DNA of 64,000 nt from Candidatus Micrarchaeota archaeon. Its GTDB lineage: Archaea > Micrarchaeota > Micrarchaeia > Norongarragalinales > UBA97. A program made the position numbers and the translations under genes. Every line of letters starts with the position of its first letter. Position 1 is the stretch's first letter. Below are positions 1-9,999 of the stretch, one piece after another. The notes below the pieces were generated by a model that had not been told where the DNA came from, did no database searches, and worked only from the letters and a program-made list of their open reading frames with translations. The stretch is taken from the NCBI GenBank assembly GCA_016194335.1, contig JACQBR010000008.1, positions 864-64,863 on the forward strand, in the 5' to 3' direction.

Positions 1-1
1 C

Positions 2-706
2 ATCAACCTGTTCCCGTCTGATGCCAACTACATCTTCAACAGCTCGACAACCGGAACCCTCACCACGCTTTACGCAAGCAGCGTGACTCCGGGCACCGCC
101 CTCGCGGCCGGCTACCCGTCTACGGGCGGAACGTCGTACGAAAAGGGATTCATCAGCCCCGGCGGCTTGGCCCTTAAGGACCTGACGCTCACGAGCGCGA
201 TAATCAACTACCCCAAGAAACTCGTCCACGCGAGGTACCAGTTCGGCGCTCCGTCAACGGTCAACGTGACCACGACCGGCGCGACGGTTACCGAGCGCAC
301 GATGGCGGAAGGCGAGGAGTTCGCACTCGGAGGCGGCTACAAGGTGAAGGTATCGTCCATCACCGCGACCGTGAGCTGCACCGGAGGCGCAGCCGGAGTT
401 GCCGCATGCACGCCCAACAAGGCTGCAGTCGTCACCCCGCTTAGCGCAACCGACCACCTCGTGGTCCTCGACAGCGATGCCGGCTCGACCGGACAGCTCG
501 TCGTGGTTGGAGGCCCGCTGGTCAACAGCGTCGCTGCTGACACCCCCGGCGTTGCCGACGTGACCAACACGCCCGGCAGTTCGGTCATCAAGGTGATTGG
601 CAGCAAGGTCGTCGTCGCGGGTTACACCGCACAGGACACCACCGACGCGGCCAACGCGCTGGTGAAGTGGCTTTCCGACAACAGGGACGCAGTCAGGGGA
701 GTTTAA
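2..706 (+). CDS. S-layer protein, C-terminal part (gene begins upstream of the window)
   Basis: Frame is open from the window edge; Thr/Gly/Val-rich; C-terminal LVVVGGPLVNSVA...VVVAGYTAQDT motif typical of archaeal S-layer proteins. Confidence 0.75.
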   Translation: MNLFPSDANYIFNSSTTGTLTTLYASSVTPGTALAAGYPSTGGTSYEKGFISPGGLALKDLTLTSAIINYPKKLVHARYQFGAPSTVNVTTTGATVTERTMAEGEEFALGGGYKVKVSSITATVSCTGGAAGVAACTPNKAAVVTPLSATDHLVVLDSDAGSTGQLVVVGGPLVNSVAADTPGVADVTNTPGSSVIKVIGSKVVVAGYTAQDTTDAANALVKWLSDNRDAVRGV

Positions 707-713
707 ATCCCTT

Positions 714-800
714 GGGGGGCTTAGCCCCTTTTTCCCCTTTTTTTTCTCTTTCTTCTTTTTTTCCCTTCTTTTCATATCTTTCGTTTTTGTTTTTCCCAGT
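714..800 (+). terminator. Probable terminator after the S-layer gene
   Basis: GGGGC-TTA-GCCCC hairpin followed by long oligo-T/pyrimidine tracts. Confidence 0.6.
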
Positions 801-910
801 TTCACTCCTTGATTCTTTCCCATAAGCCTTTAGGGCTTCATACGGGCTATGGGGGGGGCAACGGTTTTTAATTCAGGCACGCGCATTAACTATCTCGGGT
901 TTAGGGCCAT

Positions 911-1390
911 ATGGCTGAAAAGAAGTTTTATCTCGAATCCGATTCCGAGCTGCAAAGGATAGGCCTGCGGGCGCAGGTCGTCTCGTTCCTAATCGCGCAA
1001 GGCATCGAGCGCGGAAATGCGCTTAACGACCCTGAGAACAAGAAGAGGGTGGTGGTAGCCATAGGCGCGGATGCCGATTCGCGCATTGAAGAGGTCAGGG
1101 ATGAGCTGGTCAAGTTCCTCAACAAGCTTCACGACGACGATCCTGCCTGCTACGGGCAGTTCCCCGCCGACATTCGCGCGAGCCAACTGCACGAATTGAG
1201 CAACCCGCATTCGATACGCCTGTTGGACCTCAACCACCTGGCAAATTCGCTCATGCTCGAACAGACGAGCAAGGGCGTGGGGGCGATGCTTTCGATTCCC
1301 GCTTCAATGGAGAAAGCCATGGTGAGGTCCCTGGAACCGCTGCATGGCCTTCCCCAGGCGATTGAGGCCCTGGCCAAGAGGCTGAAGTAG
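911..1390 (+). CDS. Acylphosphatase-fold-like protein with helical C-terminal extension
   Basis: LQRIGLR...GNALND resembles the AcyP VQGVGFR...GWVRN pattern; weak similarity. Confidence 0.4.
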   Translation: MAEKKFYLESDSELQRIGLRAQVVSFLIAQGIERGNALNDPENKKRVVVAIGADADSRIEEVRDELVKFLNKLHDDDPACYGQFPADIRASQLHELSNPHSIRLLDLNHLANSLMLEQTSKGVGAMLSIPASMEKAMVRSLEPLHGLPQAIEALAKRLK

Positions 1391-1546
1391 CCATTGCATG
1401 TGCCCGGTGCCCGCACTTGAACGAGTGTGCGGCAGTGCCGGGGAAGTGTTAAAATTCATTACCTCCCCAAATCCTATTCCTGGGGTTTGATTTTCCCAAT
1501 ACCCTGAATGCCCGTGTTTTCCTTCCTGGAGTTGCCTTAGCCAAAG

Positions 1547-2913
1547 ATGCCGCAGAACAAGTTTCTCCACTACTTCACGCTTTTTCTCATAGCGTCGTTC
1601 ATCGTCTCCTCGTTTGCCGTCATCCTCTACCTTCCCGTCCAGCAGAACAACGGCCGGAATGGCAACAGCTCCGCCAATACCGGCCCGCAGGCCCAGGCGC
1701 AGCTTGAAGCGAGCGGCGTTGCGAAAAACGCCCGCGTGCTGGGGTTTTCAAACCAGCTTCTCGTGCTTTGCAATTCCACGCTGCCGGTGGACAGTTCCTC
1801 CATTGCGGGCGTGAAGGGCGTTCTCAACGCATTTCGGGTTTCTCCCTCCCTTTTCATCGCGCTTCTCAATTCAACCTCTCCCATAGTGCCCGTTGAAGAG
1901 GGGGAGGCGCAGGGTGTGGCAATCGGCATCCAAACGGCGCTCGAGCCATACTGCGCCGCTGCGGTTTACCGCAACGGGTTCGTTTCCATCGAATCGCCGG
2001 TCACCTTCGCCCTCAAGCCACCTGCAGGCACGCCGGTTTCGCTCAATGCGGCTTCCCAGCCTTCCAACGCCACGTTCTACCCCCTGGATTTCCGGGACTA
2101 TGCGGTGAAGAACAACCTCAGGGGAGTGCCCGCGGTTCTCGATGCCTTCACTTCCGGCAACCAGACGGTTGACTTGGTGATCTTCGCAACCGTGCAGGGA
2201 GACCAGCTTTCGCAAGTGAATTCCCAGCAGTCGGGCGGCGGCGGGCTGAAATTCTCCCAAGCCCGGGCGGAAGCTGTGGTGGTGAACTCCAGTTCAAACG
2301 CCTATTACCTCCAGGGTTTTTCCCCTTCGGCCAAAGGGCCGCAATCAACGGCACGGCGTGGCAGTGGCAGCTCAATTCCACCCCCAACGTGACAATCGCG
2401 TCTTTCCTTCTCGAGCGCAACGACTACTTCAGCGTGAGAAACATTCCCGGCCGGACGCAAAAAATCGCAATCGCCGCCGCGCTCGAGTCCCTCTCGTTCG
2501 TGACCAACATACTTCCAGGGGAGGAGAATGGTTCCATCGGGAGGGTTGAGGTGAACGCCTCGTTTGAAAACGAATCCGCAGTGAGGGATGCAGTCGCAGC
2601 CGCGTCCCCCAACGGCACGGCAGAAGTCGTTTTCGCAAACACCACCCTCGACGCGGATGTCGTCATCGCGGATGCGACGGCGTTTGGCGCGGTGGCGTCG
2701 TTTGCCGGAAGCAATGGCCTGCTGTTGCGCAAGAGGGTGAAGGCGGCCCTGTCCAATCCCGCGGAAGTCCAGCGGCAGGTGCAGGCGGTGATTCCCACTC
2801 CCATCGACGCGGCGGTGTTCTACTACCACGGCAACGGCTCGGTTGTCAACCTCTCCATTTCGGTCCTCTCAAGCGGTGGAAGGGCCCTTAGCGTGAATGC
2901 GCGCGAGGATTGA
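1547..2913 (+). CDS. Membrane-anchored secreted (probably N-glycosylated) protein split by a -1 frameshift near 2314-2321 (ORFs 1547..2392 and 2389..2913)
   Basis: N-terminal TM helix and many N-x-S/T sequons; the -1 frame reads FPFGQRAAINGTAWQWQLNSTPNVTI straight into the second ORF. Confidence 0.6.
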
Positions 2914-2990
2914 GTGGGGTTAAAAACGGTTTTGGGGCTTAAGATTATTTTCCAGATGAGAAATTTGATTTTTGGGGGAATGATTTGCGC

Positions 2991-3680
2991 ATGTCTGTCC
3001 AACCAGTGAAGAAAGGCGATTTTGTCGAGCTTTCGTTCGAGGGGAGGCTCGCATCCGGCGGGGAGGTTTTCGAGAAGGCCCAGAGGCCAATCCTCGCGAT
3101 CGTGGGCGAAGGGCAGCTCGTGCCCGGCCTCGACTCGGCCTTGGTCGGCGCAATGCCGGGAGAGGAGAAGTCGGTTGAGATTGACGACCCGGCAATGGCG
3201 TTCGGCGTGAGGACGGAGGAGCTCGTGCGCCTCGTTCCCGCCGAGCAGTTCACCAAGCAGGGAGTCACCCCGGTTGCCGGAATGCAGGTGGAGCTTGACG
3301 GCGCGACGGCAAGAATCCAGTCGGTGAGCGGCGGCCGCGTGAGGGTTGACTTCAACCACCCCCTTGCAGGGAAGAAAATCGCCTACAGCTTCAAGGTCGA
3401 GAAGTCATTCCTCACTCCCGAGGAGAAGGTTTCCGCACTTGCCAAAAACTTCCTTTCCGGCTCGCCCGCAAAATTCGAGGCGGGCGTGGCGGCCGCAACG
3501 GCTGGCGAGGGGGTGCGCAAGGACGCGGAATACACCATTGGGAAAATGAGGTTCGTCAGCCTCGCGCTCAAGTTCGTGCCCGAAGTCAAACGCGTCACCG
3601 TGCTCGAGGAGTATGCAGCGACGGAAGGGAAGGCCGCGACGGAAGGGATGGCAGCAGCGGAAGGGACGCCCGGGCAGTAG
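2991..3680 (+). CDS. slyD: FKBP-type peptidyl-prolyl isomerase (SlyD-like, long archaeal type)
   Basis: KGDFVEL...GEGQLVPGLD...VDFNHPLAGK motifs. Confidence 0.92.
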   Translation: MSVQPVKKGDFVELSFEGRLASGGEVFEKAQRPILAIVGEGQLVPGLDSALVGAMPGEEKSVEIDDPAMAFGVRTEELVRLVPAEQFTKQGVTPVAGMQVELDGATARIQSVSGGRVRVDFNHPLAGKKIAYSFKVEKSFLTPEEKVSALAKNFLSGSPAKFEAGVAAATAGEGVRKDAEYTIGKMRFVSLALKFVPEVKRVTVLEEYAATEGKAATEGMAAAEGTPGQ

Positions 3681-3869
3681 GCCGCTTGCACGCCCCGCCG
3701 CTTTTGGGGGGATGAAGCGCCCTCCGGATGGGGGGGCAGTGAACCATTTAAATACTTTTGCGGATTCAATACTTTCGCAATCCACCTTGGCTTATTCGAG
3801 CCGTCAGCTTTTTTGGGGGTTCGAATTGTTTTCCATTCCTTAACGACTTTTTGCGGAGTTGATTTTTCC

Positions 3870-4499
3870 ATGGTTGAACTTGCCGACGAGCACAAGAATT
3901 TCAAGGGCACCACCACCGTCGGGATAGTGTACAGGGACGGCGTGATTCTCGCCGCGGACAAGCGCGCGACTATGGGATACTTCATCGCGAGCAAGGACGT
4001 GGAGAAGATAGTGTTCATTTCCGACAAGATAGCAATCACCACCGCGGGAGGCGTGGGTGACGCGCAGGCGCTCGCGCGCATGCTGCGTGCCGAACTGGAG
4101 CTGTACAAGTACGGCAATGCCCAGCCCCTTTCCGTGAAGGGAACGGCCACTCTCCTTGCGAACATCCTGCAGGGAAGCCGCTATTACCCCTACCTCGTGC
4201 AGATTATCGTAGGCGGGTTTGACGACGCCCCCCGCATTTTCGACATCGACCTCCTCGGCGGCCTTCTTGAGGAGAGGTACACCTCCACCGGAAGCGGCAG
4301 CGTAGTGGCTTACGGCATTCTCGACGAGGGGTTCAAGGACAGCCTATCGCAGGACGAGGCCGTCAAGCTTGCGGTGCGCGCGGTGCGGGGCGCCATCAAG
4401 CGCGACAGCGCCACCGGCGAGGGAGTCGACGTGGTGGTGATCACCAGGGATGCAGTGAAGAAATTGAGGCAGTCCGACGCCGCTGCAGGCGCTTCCTAA
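3870..4499 (+). CDS. psmB: Proteasome subunit beta
   Basis: Short propeptide followed by G|TTTVG, AADKRAT and GSGS motifs. Confidence 0.97.
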   Translation: MVELADEHKNFKGTTTVGIVYRDGVILAADKRATMGYFIASKDVEKIVFISDKIAITTAGGVGDAQALARMLRAELELYKYGNAQPLSVKGTATLLANILQGSRYYPYLVQIIVGGFDDAPRIFDIDLLGGLLEERYTSTGSGSVVAYGILDEGFKDSLSQDEAVKLAVRAVRGAIKRDSATGEGVDVVVITRDAVKKLRQSDAAAGAS

Positions 4500-4584
4500 A
4501 GCCCCCCAATCGAGTCCAATGCCCGACCAGAATTTTTCTCAGTTCTTCCCAACCCCCCGGTGCCTTCTGCATCAAGCCGGAATC

Positions 4585-4730
4585 CCGTAATGGCAATCCC
4601 ATAGAGTCAAGCCCATAATGCAACGCAGTTTTTTCCCGCATTTGGCGGTCTTTCCGTGATGGCAATCCCAGAGGGTCAAACCTTTAATGCAGAGGGAGGT
4701 TTTTCTTGCCGCATTACGCGGTTTTCCCCC
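4585..4730. repeat. Imperfect 69-nt tandem duplication in the psmB-aCPSF1 spacer
   Basis: ATGGCAATCCCA at 4590 and 4659, each followed by GTCAA..., TAATGCA and a CCGC-n5-GCGG hairpin. Confidence 0.8.
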
Positions 4731-4791
4731 AGTGGGAAGACGAGCAACGTAACATATTTTTTTCAACCAACAACGCAGGTGCATCGATAGG

Positions 4792-7700
4792 ATGGTTAAC
4801 GACGTAAAGGATTTGGAAGAGCTTGTGAATTCCGTCTTGCCCCCCCAGTGCGAGCTTTCAAAAATAGAGCTCGAAGGCCCCCAGGTTGTGCTTTACCTCA
4901 AGAACATGCACGCGTTCTACGCCGACGTTAACCTCATCACGCGAATCGCTTCGAAAGTCCGCAAGAAGGTGCTCGTTCGTTCCGATTCCTCCATCCTAAT
5001 GCCTCCCGAAAGGGCGAAGGAAAAGGTCGCCGGCCTCATTCCCCCCGAGGCGGGAGTGAAGGAAATCCGTTTCGACCCGCATTTCAACGAGGTGCTCATC
5101 GAGGCCGCAAAGCCCGGGGTGGTAATCGGCAAGGGCGGAAGCGTGCTGAAAAGCATCACGCTCACCACCGGATGGTCCCCCCGCGTGCTCCGCGCGCCCA
5201 CGATGCCTTCCGAAATTGAGACTGCAATCCGAAACGCACTGCTTGCGGGCTCGGAGCAAAGGAAGAAATTCCTAGGGGTTTTTGGCAAGAGGATGCTGGG
5301 CGCCCCGGCCGCAACCGAGTGGGTGAAGATGACCGCGCTGGGAGGCTTTCGCGAAGTGGGCCGCAGCTGCTTTCTTTTGCAGACCCCGAAGAGCAACGTG
5401 ATTGTCGACTGCGGGCTCAACATCGACACCAGCGACGCCACGCGCGCCTATCCCTATCTCAACGCAATGGGGCTTTCGCTTGAGCAGATTGACGCGGTCA
5501 TCCTTTCGCACGCGCACCTCGACCACTGCCTCCATCCGGATTCCCTCATCCAGCTTGCAAACGGCGAAATAAGCAGCATTGAAGATTTGGCAGAACACGG
5601 CGGGGACGTCGTTTCTTACGATTTCGTTTCCGGCGCAACTGCAGGCGCTGTTGCAAGCAAGGGCGCTACTCAAAAGCCGGAAATGCTCAGGATCAAGACC
5701 AATTTATTCAGCATCCGCGCCACGCCAGAACACCGCTTTTTCGTCGTCAACGGCCTTGACGTGAGGGAAAAGCGCGCGGGAGAGCTGCGCGAGGGCGATT
5801 TCGTGGCGGCGCTGCGTTCAAGCAAATTCGAGGGAGCGGCAAACCAGCCTCTGCCCTTGGTGAAAGTGCAGGAGCTCGCTTTCATTTCGGGGGAAGGCAG
5901 GCTGAAAATGCGCCAAACGCGCGAGTCGTTCAAGCTGACCCGCAAGCAGGTTGCAGCAATTGCCGGAGTGCCGGCATGCCAATACGCATGGCTCGAATCG
6001 GGCAGGCACAAGCCGTCGAGGGAAAATTTGCAGAAATGCCTGCAGGCGCTGGGCCTGAAAACTCAGGATTTTGGGAATGAGGTTTCTGCAATCAAGTCGG
6101 CCGAGTTGCCCAAATTTTCAAGTGAGGAGTTCTGCCAGTTTTTGGGCTACGTCCTCGGCGACGGGAACGCGCACTATCAGGCGCACGATGCCAATTGCAA
6201 TGATTTGGCCGTGACGGACAAGGACGTGGCGAACCTCGAGTTTTACGCCCAGCTTGCAGAAAGGGTGTTCAATACAAAGCCGCGCTTTTCGCTCAAGGCG
6301 GGAACAAATGGCGGGAGAAACCGGGTGTTCTTCTCGTCCTACGTGACGAAGCTGATGTTCGCCTTGGACAAAGGGATTATTTGCCGCAGCCGCCAGCGCC
6401 GCGTACCCAAAATGATTCAGCGTGCGTCCAACGCCGAACTGGCCGCTTTCTTCCGCGGGCTTTTTGACGCCGAGGGGTCCGTGGGCCACCACTCGGTGAG
6501 GCTGGTCTCTTCAAGCGAGATGCTCTTGCGCGTGGCGCAGATGCTTCTATTGAGGCTGGGCGTGCAAAGCTGCATTGAAGAGCGCAAGGCGGTTTCGCAA
6601 AAAGCATTCTCCAAAGAGCCGTTCTACTGCCTTGCCATCACCCATCCCCGGTCGCTTTACGCATTCGGGGAGAAGATAGGCTTCTCATCAGAGGCGAAAT
6701 TGCAGAAATTCAAGGCGATGGCCGCCACCGTAGGCAATGCGCGCTCCGGAAAGGTTGACCTAATACCGATTGACGGTGCGGCGCTTAGGGCCGAATTGGC
6801 GGATGCGGGGTTGTTCGAAACCGATTTCGACTCCAGAATCTCCCGTTACTGGAACTGGAGCCACGCGCCGAGCAGGGAGGCAGTTGATGGAATCTGCGCG
6901 GGAATCGAAGCGCGTTTGCAGCTGCTGAAGACGGCTTCATCGCGGCAGGAGCTGCGAATAACGCAAGGGCAGGTCGGAAAGGCTTTGGGAGTGGACCAGT
7001 CGGTAGTTTCGGCAATCGAGCGCGGCAGAATCTCTTCGTGCAGCATTATCTACCGTGAGACGCAGGAGTTTTTGCACCTCTCCAGAGAAACCTGCATTTC
7101 AAAAGCGGAGCAACTTCTTCTCAAGTTGCGGATGCTCGTCTCGCAGGAGCTTGCGTGGGTGAAAATCAAGTCGATTGAAAATGAAACCCCGCCGGAGAAG
7201 GTTTACGACCTGAGCGTCCCCGGTTACGAGAACTTCGTTGCGGACGGTTTTGTCGTGCACAACTCCGGTTTCATCCCCTACCTCTACGCCTACGGCTACG
7301 AAGGCCCGGTCTACTGCACGCCCCCCACGCGGGACATGATGGTGCTTCTCCAGCAGGACTGCGTGAACGTGATGAATAGCGAGGGCGGCAAGGCCCCTTA
7401 CGGCGAGAGGGACATCAAGAAGGAGCTCATGCACGTGATCACCCGCGAGTACGGAGAGGTGACCGACGTGACGAGCGACATCCGCTTCACCTTCCACAAC
7501 GCGGGGCACATGATTGGAAGTTCCATCGTGCACATCCACATCGGCGAGGGCATGCACAACCTCATCTACTCCGGCGACATCAAGTTCGGCCGCACGAAAC
7601 TCTGCGACACCGCATCTACGCAATTCCCCCGCGCCGAGACGCTGATGATAGAGGCGACTTACGGCGGGCGCAACGACATCAAGCCGCGAATCGAGGATTG

Positions 7701-8424
7701 CGACGCGAAGCTCTCCGAAATCATCCGCACCGCAACCGGCCGCAGAGGCAAGGTCCTCATTCCCGTCCTCGCCTCTGGCCGCGCGCAGGAGCTGATGCTC
7801 ACGCTTGAGGAGCAGTTTTCCAACCCCGACTTCACCGTCTATATGGACGGCATGAGCCGCGAGGCAAGCGCAATCCACACTGTATATCCGGAATACCTGC
7901 GCCGCAACATCCAGCGCCGCATCCTGCAGAACGACTCGCCTTTCGACAAGCCGATGTTCAAGAACATACAGAACAACGACCACCGCAAGGCCATTGCCGA
8001 GTCGGACGAGCCCGCTGTGATTCTCGCGCCAAGCGGGATGCTCACCGGGGGGCCCAGTGTCGAGTTCCTCAAGCTGCTTGCCGACGACGCGCGCAATTCC
8101 CTCGTATTCGTGAGCTACCAGGGCGCACTCACGCTGGGCCGCAGGCTCCAGCAGGGGGAGAGGGAAGTGCCGGTGCTCAACCGCGCGAACAAGCAGGACT
8201 CGCTGAAGATTAACATGGCCGTGCAGAGCATCGAAGGCTACTCCGGCCACTCCGACCGCTCACAGCTCGTCGCGTGGACGCGCAACATCCGCCCCAAGCC
8301 CTCGCGCATCTTCACAATGCACGGCGAGGAAGGAAAGTGCGAGGAGCTCGTGCGCACGCTGGGCAAGATGCTCCACGTCCAGACGCAGGTGCCGATGAAC
8401 CTCGACAGCATCAGGCTGAAGTAG
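4792..8424 (+). CDS. fttA: Beta-CASP ribonuclease aCPSF1/FttA (KH domains + MBL/beta-CASP), intein-containing
   Basis: GVVIGKGG KH motif, GGFREVGRS, SHAHLDH, NAGHMIG, SGHSD; 631 aa after intein removal; conserved position next to psmB. Confidence 0.95.
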   Translation: MVNDVKDLEELVNSVLPPQCELSKIELEGPQVVLYLKNMHAFYADVNLITRIASKVRKKVLVRSDSSILMPPERAKEKVAGLIPPEAGVKEIRFDPHFNEVLIEAAKPGVVIGKGGSVLKSITLTTGWSPRVLRAPTMPSEIETAIRNALLAGSEQRKKFLGVFGKRMLGAPAATEWVKMTALGGFREVGRSCFLLQTPKSNVIVDCGLNIDTSDATRAYPYLNAMGLSLEQIDAVILSHAHLDHCLHPDSLIQLANGEISSIEDLAEHGGDVVSYDFVSGATAGAVASKGATQKPEMLRIKTNLFSIRATPEHRFFVVNGLDVREKRAGELREGDFVAALRSSKFEGAANQPLPLVKVQELAFISGEGRLKMRQTRESFKLTRKQVAAIAGVPACQYAWLESGRHKPSRENLQKCLQALGLKTQDFGNEVSAIKSAELPKFSSEEFCQFLGYVLGDGNAHYQAHDANCNDLAVTDKDVANLEFYAQLAERVFNTKPRFSLKAGTNGGRNRVFFSSYVTKLMFALDKGIICRSRQRRVPKMIQRASNAELAAFFRGLFDAEGSVGHHSVRLVSSSEMLLRVAQMLLLRLGVQSCIEERKAVSQKAFSKEPFYCLAITHPRSLYAFGEKIGFSSEAKLQKFKAMAATVGNARSGKVDLIPIDGAALRAELADAGLFETDFDSRISRYWNWSHAPSREAVDGICAGIEARLQLLKTASSRQELRITQGQVGKALGVDQSVVSAIERGRISSCSIIYRETQEFLHLSRETCISKAEQLLLKLRMLVSQELAWVKIKSIENETPPEKVYDLSVPGYENFVADGFVVHNSGFIPYLYAYGYEGPVYCTPPTRDMMVLLQQDCVNVMNSEGGKAPYGERDIKKELMHVITREYGEVTDVTSDIRFTFHNAGHMIGSSIVHIHIGEGMHNLIYSGDIKFGRTKLCDTASTQFPRAETLMIEATYGGRNDIKPRIEDCDAKLSEIIRTATGRRGKVLIPVLASGRAQELMLTLEEQFSNPDFTVYMDGMSREASAIHTVYPEYLRRNIQRRILQNDSPFDKPMFKNIQNNDHRKAIAESDEPAVILAPSGMLTGGPSVEFLKLLADDARNSLVFVSYQGALTLGRRLQQGEREVPVLNRANKQDSLKINMAVQSIEGYSGHSDRSQLVAWTRNIRPKPSRIFTMHGEEGKCEELVRTLGKMLHVQTQVPMNLDSIRLK
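5527..7263 (+). mobile_element. Intein (579 aa) with LAGLIDADG homing endonuclease and two HTH domains in aCPSF1
   Basis: Starts CLHPDS after HAHLDH, ends VYDLSV...NFVADGFVVHN followed by Ser; TPEHRFF block B; FLGYVLGDG and FFRGLFDAEG motifs. Confidence 0.95.
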
Positions 8425-8429
8425 TTAAC

Positions 8430-8843
8430 TCAAACAATCGTGATGTCGCTGAACTTTTCGAAATCCCGGTCAGCCGTGACGATGCGGTTTATTCCTGCGC
8501 GTATGAGTGTGAGGTAGATGACGCAGTCGGTGTATTTCACGCCCAACCTGTCGCATAGAATCAGGGCGTCTTGGAAAATGTCGGCCGGTTCCGCCACCAC
8601 CCTGTTTTTCTCTTCCTCGTAGAGCTTGCTTATGACCTTGGCGCAAACCGCACGATTGTACCGGCGGTGGAGGATGTTTGCAAGCTCGACAATCACGGTA
8701 GTTGGAATTGCGACCGTAGCTTCGGCATAGGCTTTGTCGAGTTTTGACGCCGTCTTTTCGGCAATCCTTCTCTCTTCAGGAGTAAACCGTGAAGGGTCGC
8801 TCACATAGTAATAGAGTGCGCTAGTGTCTACTCCAATTTCCAA
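8430..8843 (-). CDS. vapC: PIN-domain VapC-type toxin
   Basis: VDTSALY...E...D...IVTADRDF PIN signature. Confidence 0.9.
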   Translation of the reverse strand: MEIGVDTSALYYYVSDPSRFTPEERRIAEKTASKLDKAYAEATVAIPTTVIVELANILHRRYNRAVCAKVISKLYEEEKNRVVAEPADIFQDALILCDRLGVKYTDCVIYLTLIRAGINRIVTADRDFEKFSDITIV

Positions 8844-9067
8844 TCGGCAGCACCTTCCGCCCTGAGAGTATCCAAATCGGCTCCGGGTTTTGCCGGGAGC
8901 GCCCCCCTCAATTTTCGGAAAGCCCCGGCTTTCTTTTCCTTGATGACGATTTCATTCTCAAACTTGAAGAGGACTAGGCGTTTGGACATCCCCTTACGCC
9001 ACGTTGCCGGAAGAACAATCCTGCCGGTGCCGTCAATCTCCCGGTATGCAACATCGATGTTTGCCAT
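8828..9067 (-). CDS. AbrB/MazE-family antitoxin
   Basis: IDGTGRIVLPATWRK AbrB motif; overlaps the toxin start. Confidence 0.85.
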   Translation of the reverse strand: MANIDVAYREIDGTGRIVLPATWRKGMSKRLVLFKFENEIVIKEKKAGAFRKLRGALPAKPGADLDTLRAEGAADWKLE

Positions 9068-9144
9068 TTCAATCACGGTTCTGCCATAAGGATTAAGAAT
9101 ATGGCAGGTTATATTGCTTTCTGCCAAATCAGATTCGTGATGAC

Positions 9145-9780
9145 ATGAGAATCGGAATCACGGGAACGCCGTGCACGGGAAAGACCACGCTGGCCAAGGC
9201 GCTTGCGAAAAAATTGCGGGCAAAGTGCGTGAGTGCCAGCGACGTGGTGATGCGGAAGAAAGCGATTGAGAAGATTGAGGGCAGCGGCGAAATCGTTGCG
9301 GATTTGAGGAAACTCAAAAAAGAATTGGAGAAAATAATCGAAAAAAGCAAGAAGGTCGTCGTTGAGGGGCACCTGATTTGCGAGTTTTCCCTTCCCCTTG
9401 ACGTCCTGGTAATCCTGAGGGCGAACCCCCTTGTGCTTGAGAGGAGGATGAGGGCGAGGCGTTATGCGCAGGATAAGATTGACGAAAACCTTCTCGCGGA
9501 AATCATCGACTATTGCCTGATCAATTCGGAGCAGAATTACGCGGGCAGGCTCAAGGCCAAAAAGACCGCAATTCTGCAGGTGGACGCGAGCGGTGGAGGG
9601 GCGGCGAAGGTTTCATCCCAGTTGGTGGCGAGGTTCTCTCCATTCCCCCCTAAGCGCGGCGGCTCGAAAGGGAAGGCTGGCGGAGCGCTTAAAAACATTG
9701 TGCCCCCTAAGGAGAAGGGTATAGACTGGAGCAGGATGCTGCTGGAAGGGCAATTCTCTCGTTTGGCCCGCAGCAAATAA
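9145..9780 (+). CDS. Adenylate kinase AK6/Fap7 family
   Basis: ITGTPCTGKTT P-loop, VVEGH, RM..R.Y...KIDEN. Confidence 0.9.
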   Translation: MRIGITGTPCTGKTTLAKALAKKLRAKCVSASDVVMRKKAIEKIEGSGEIVADLRKLKKELEKIIEKSKKVVVEGHLICEFSLPLDVLVILRANPLVLERRMRARRYAQDKIDENLLAEIIDYCLINSEQNYAGRLKAKKTAILQVDASGGGAAKVSSQLVARFSPFPPKRGGSKGKAGGALKNIVPPKEKGIDWSRMLLEGQFSRLARSK

Positions 9781-9858
9781 TCCCGGCCCGCTTACAAAGG
9801 CTTATAAACGCGTTATGGTAATTATGTTGGCTTTAGGCCATTAGAGGTGCAAGCGATT

Positions 9859-9999
9859 ATGGAGATTGATTCGGTCCGCAAGGTCCAGCCCGTCTTCAAG
9901 CTCGGCGACGACGGTGATGACGACGAGTGGGAGGACGAGGACGACTGGGACGAGGACGAGGACTGGGAAGACGACGAGAGTTCGGAAGAAGGCGACTAA
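9859..9999 (+). CDS. 46-aa acidic microprotein with Trp every 6 residues (not in the ORF track)
   Basis: GAGGTG SD at 9844, TTATAAA near 9802, pyrimidine-rich run after the stop; MEIDSVRKVQPVFKLGDDGDDDEWEDEDDWDEDEDWEDDESSEEGD. Confidence 0.75.
   Translation: MEIDSVRKVQPVFKLGDDGDDDEWEDEDDWDEDEDWEDDESSEEGD

Noticed and set aside
4585..4730. CRISPR array
   Set aside because: Only two diverged units, the inter-repeat segments resemble each other, and there are no cas genes in the window.
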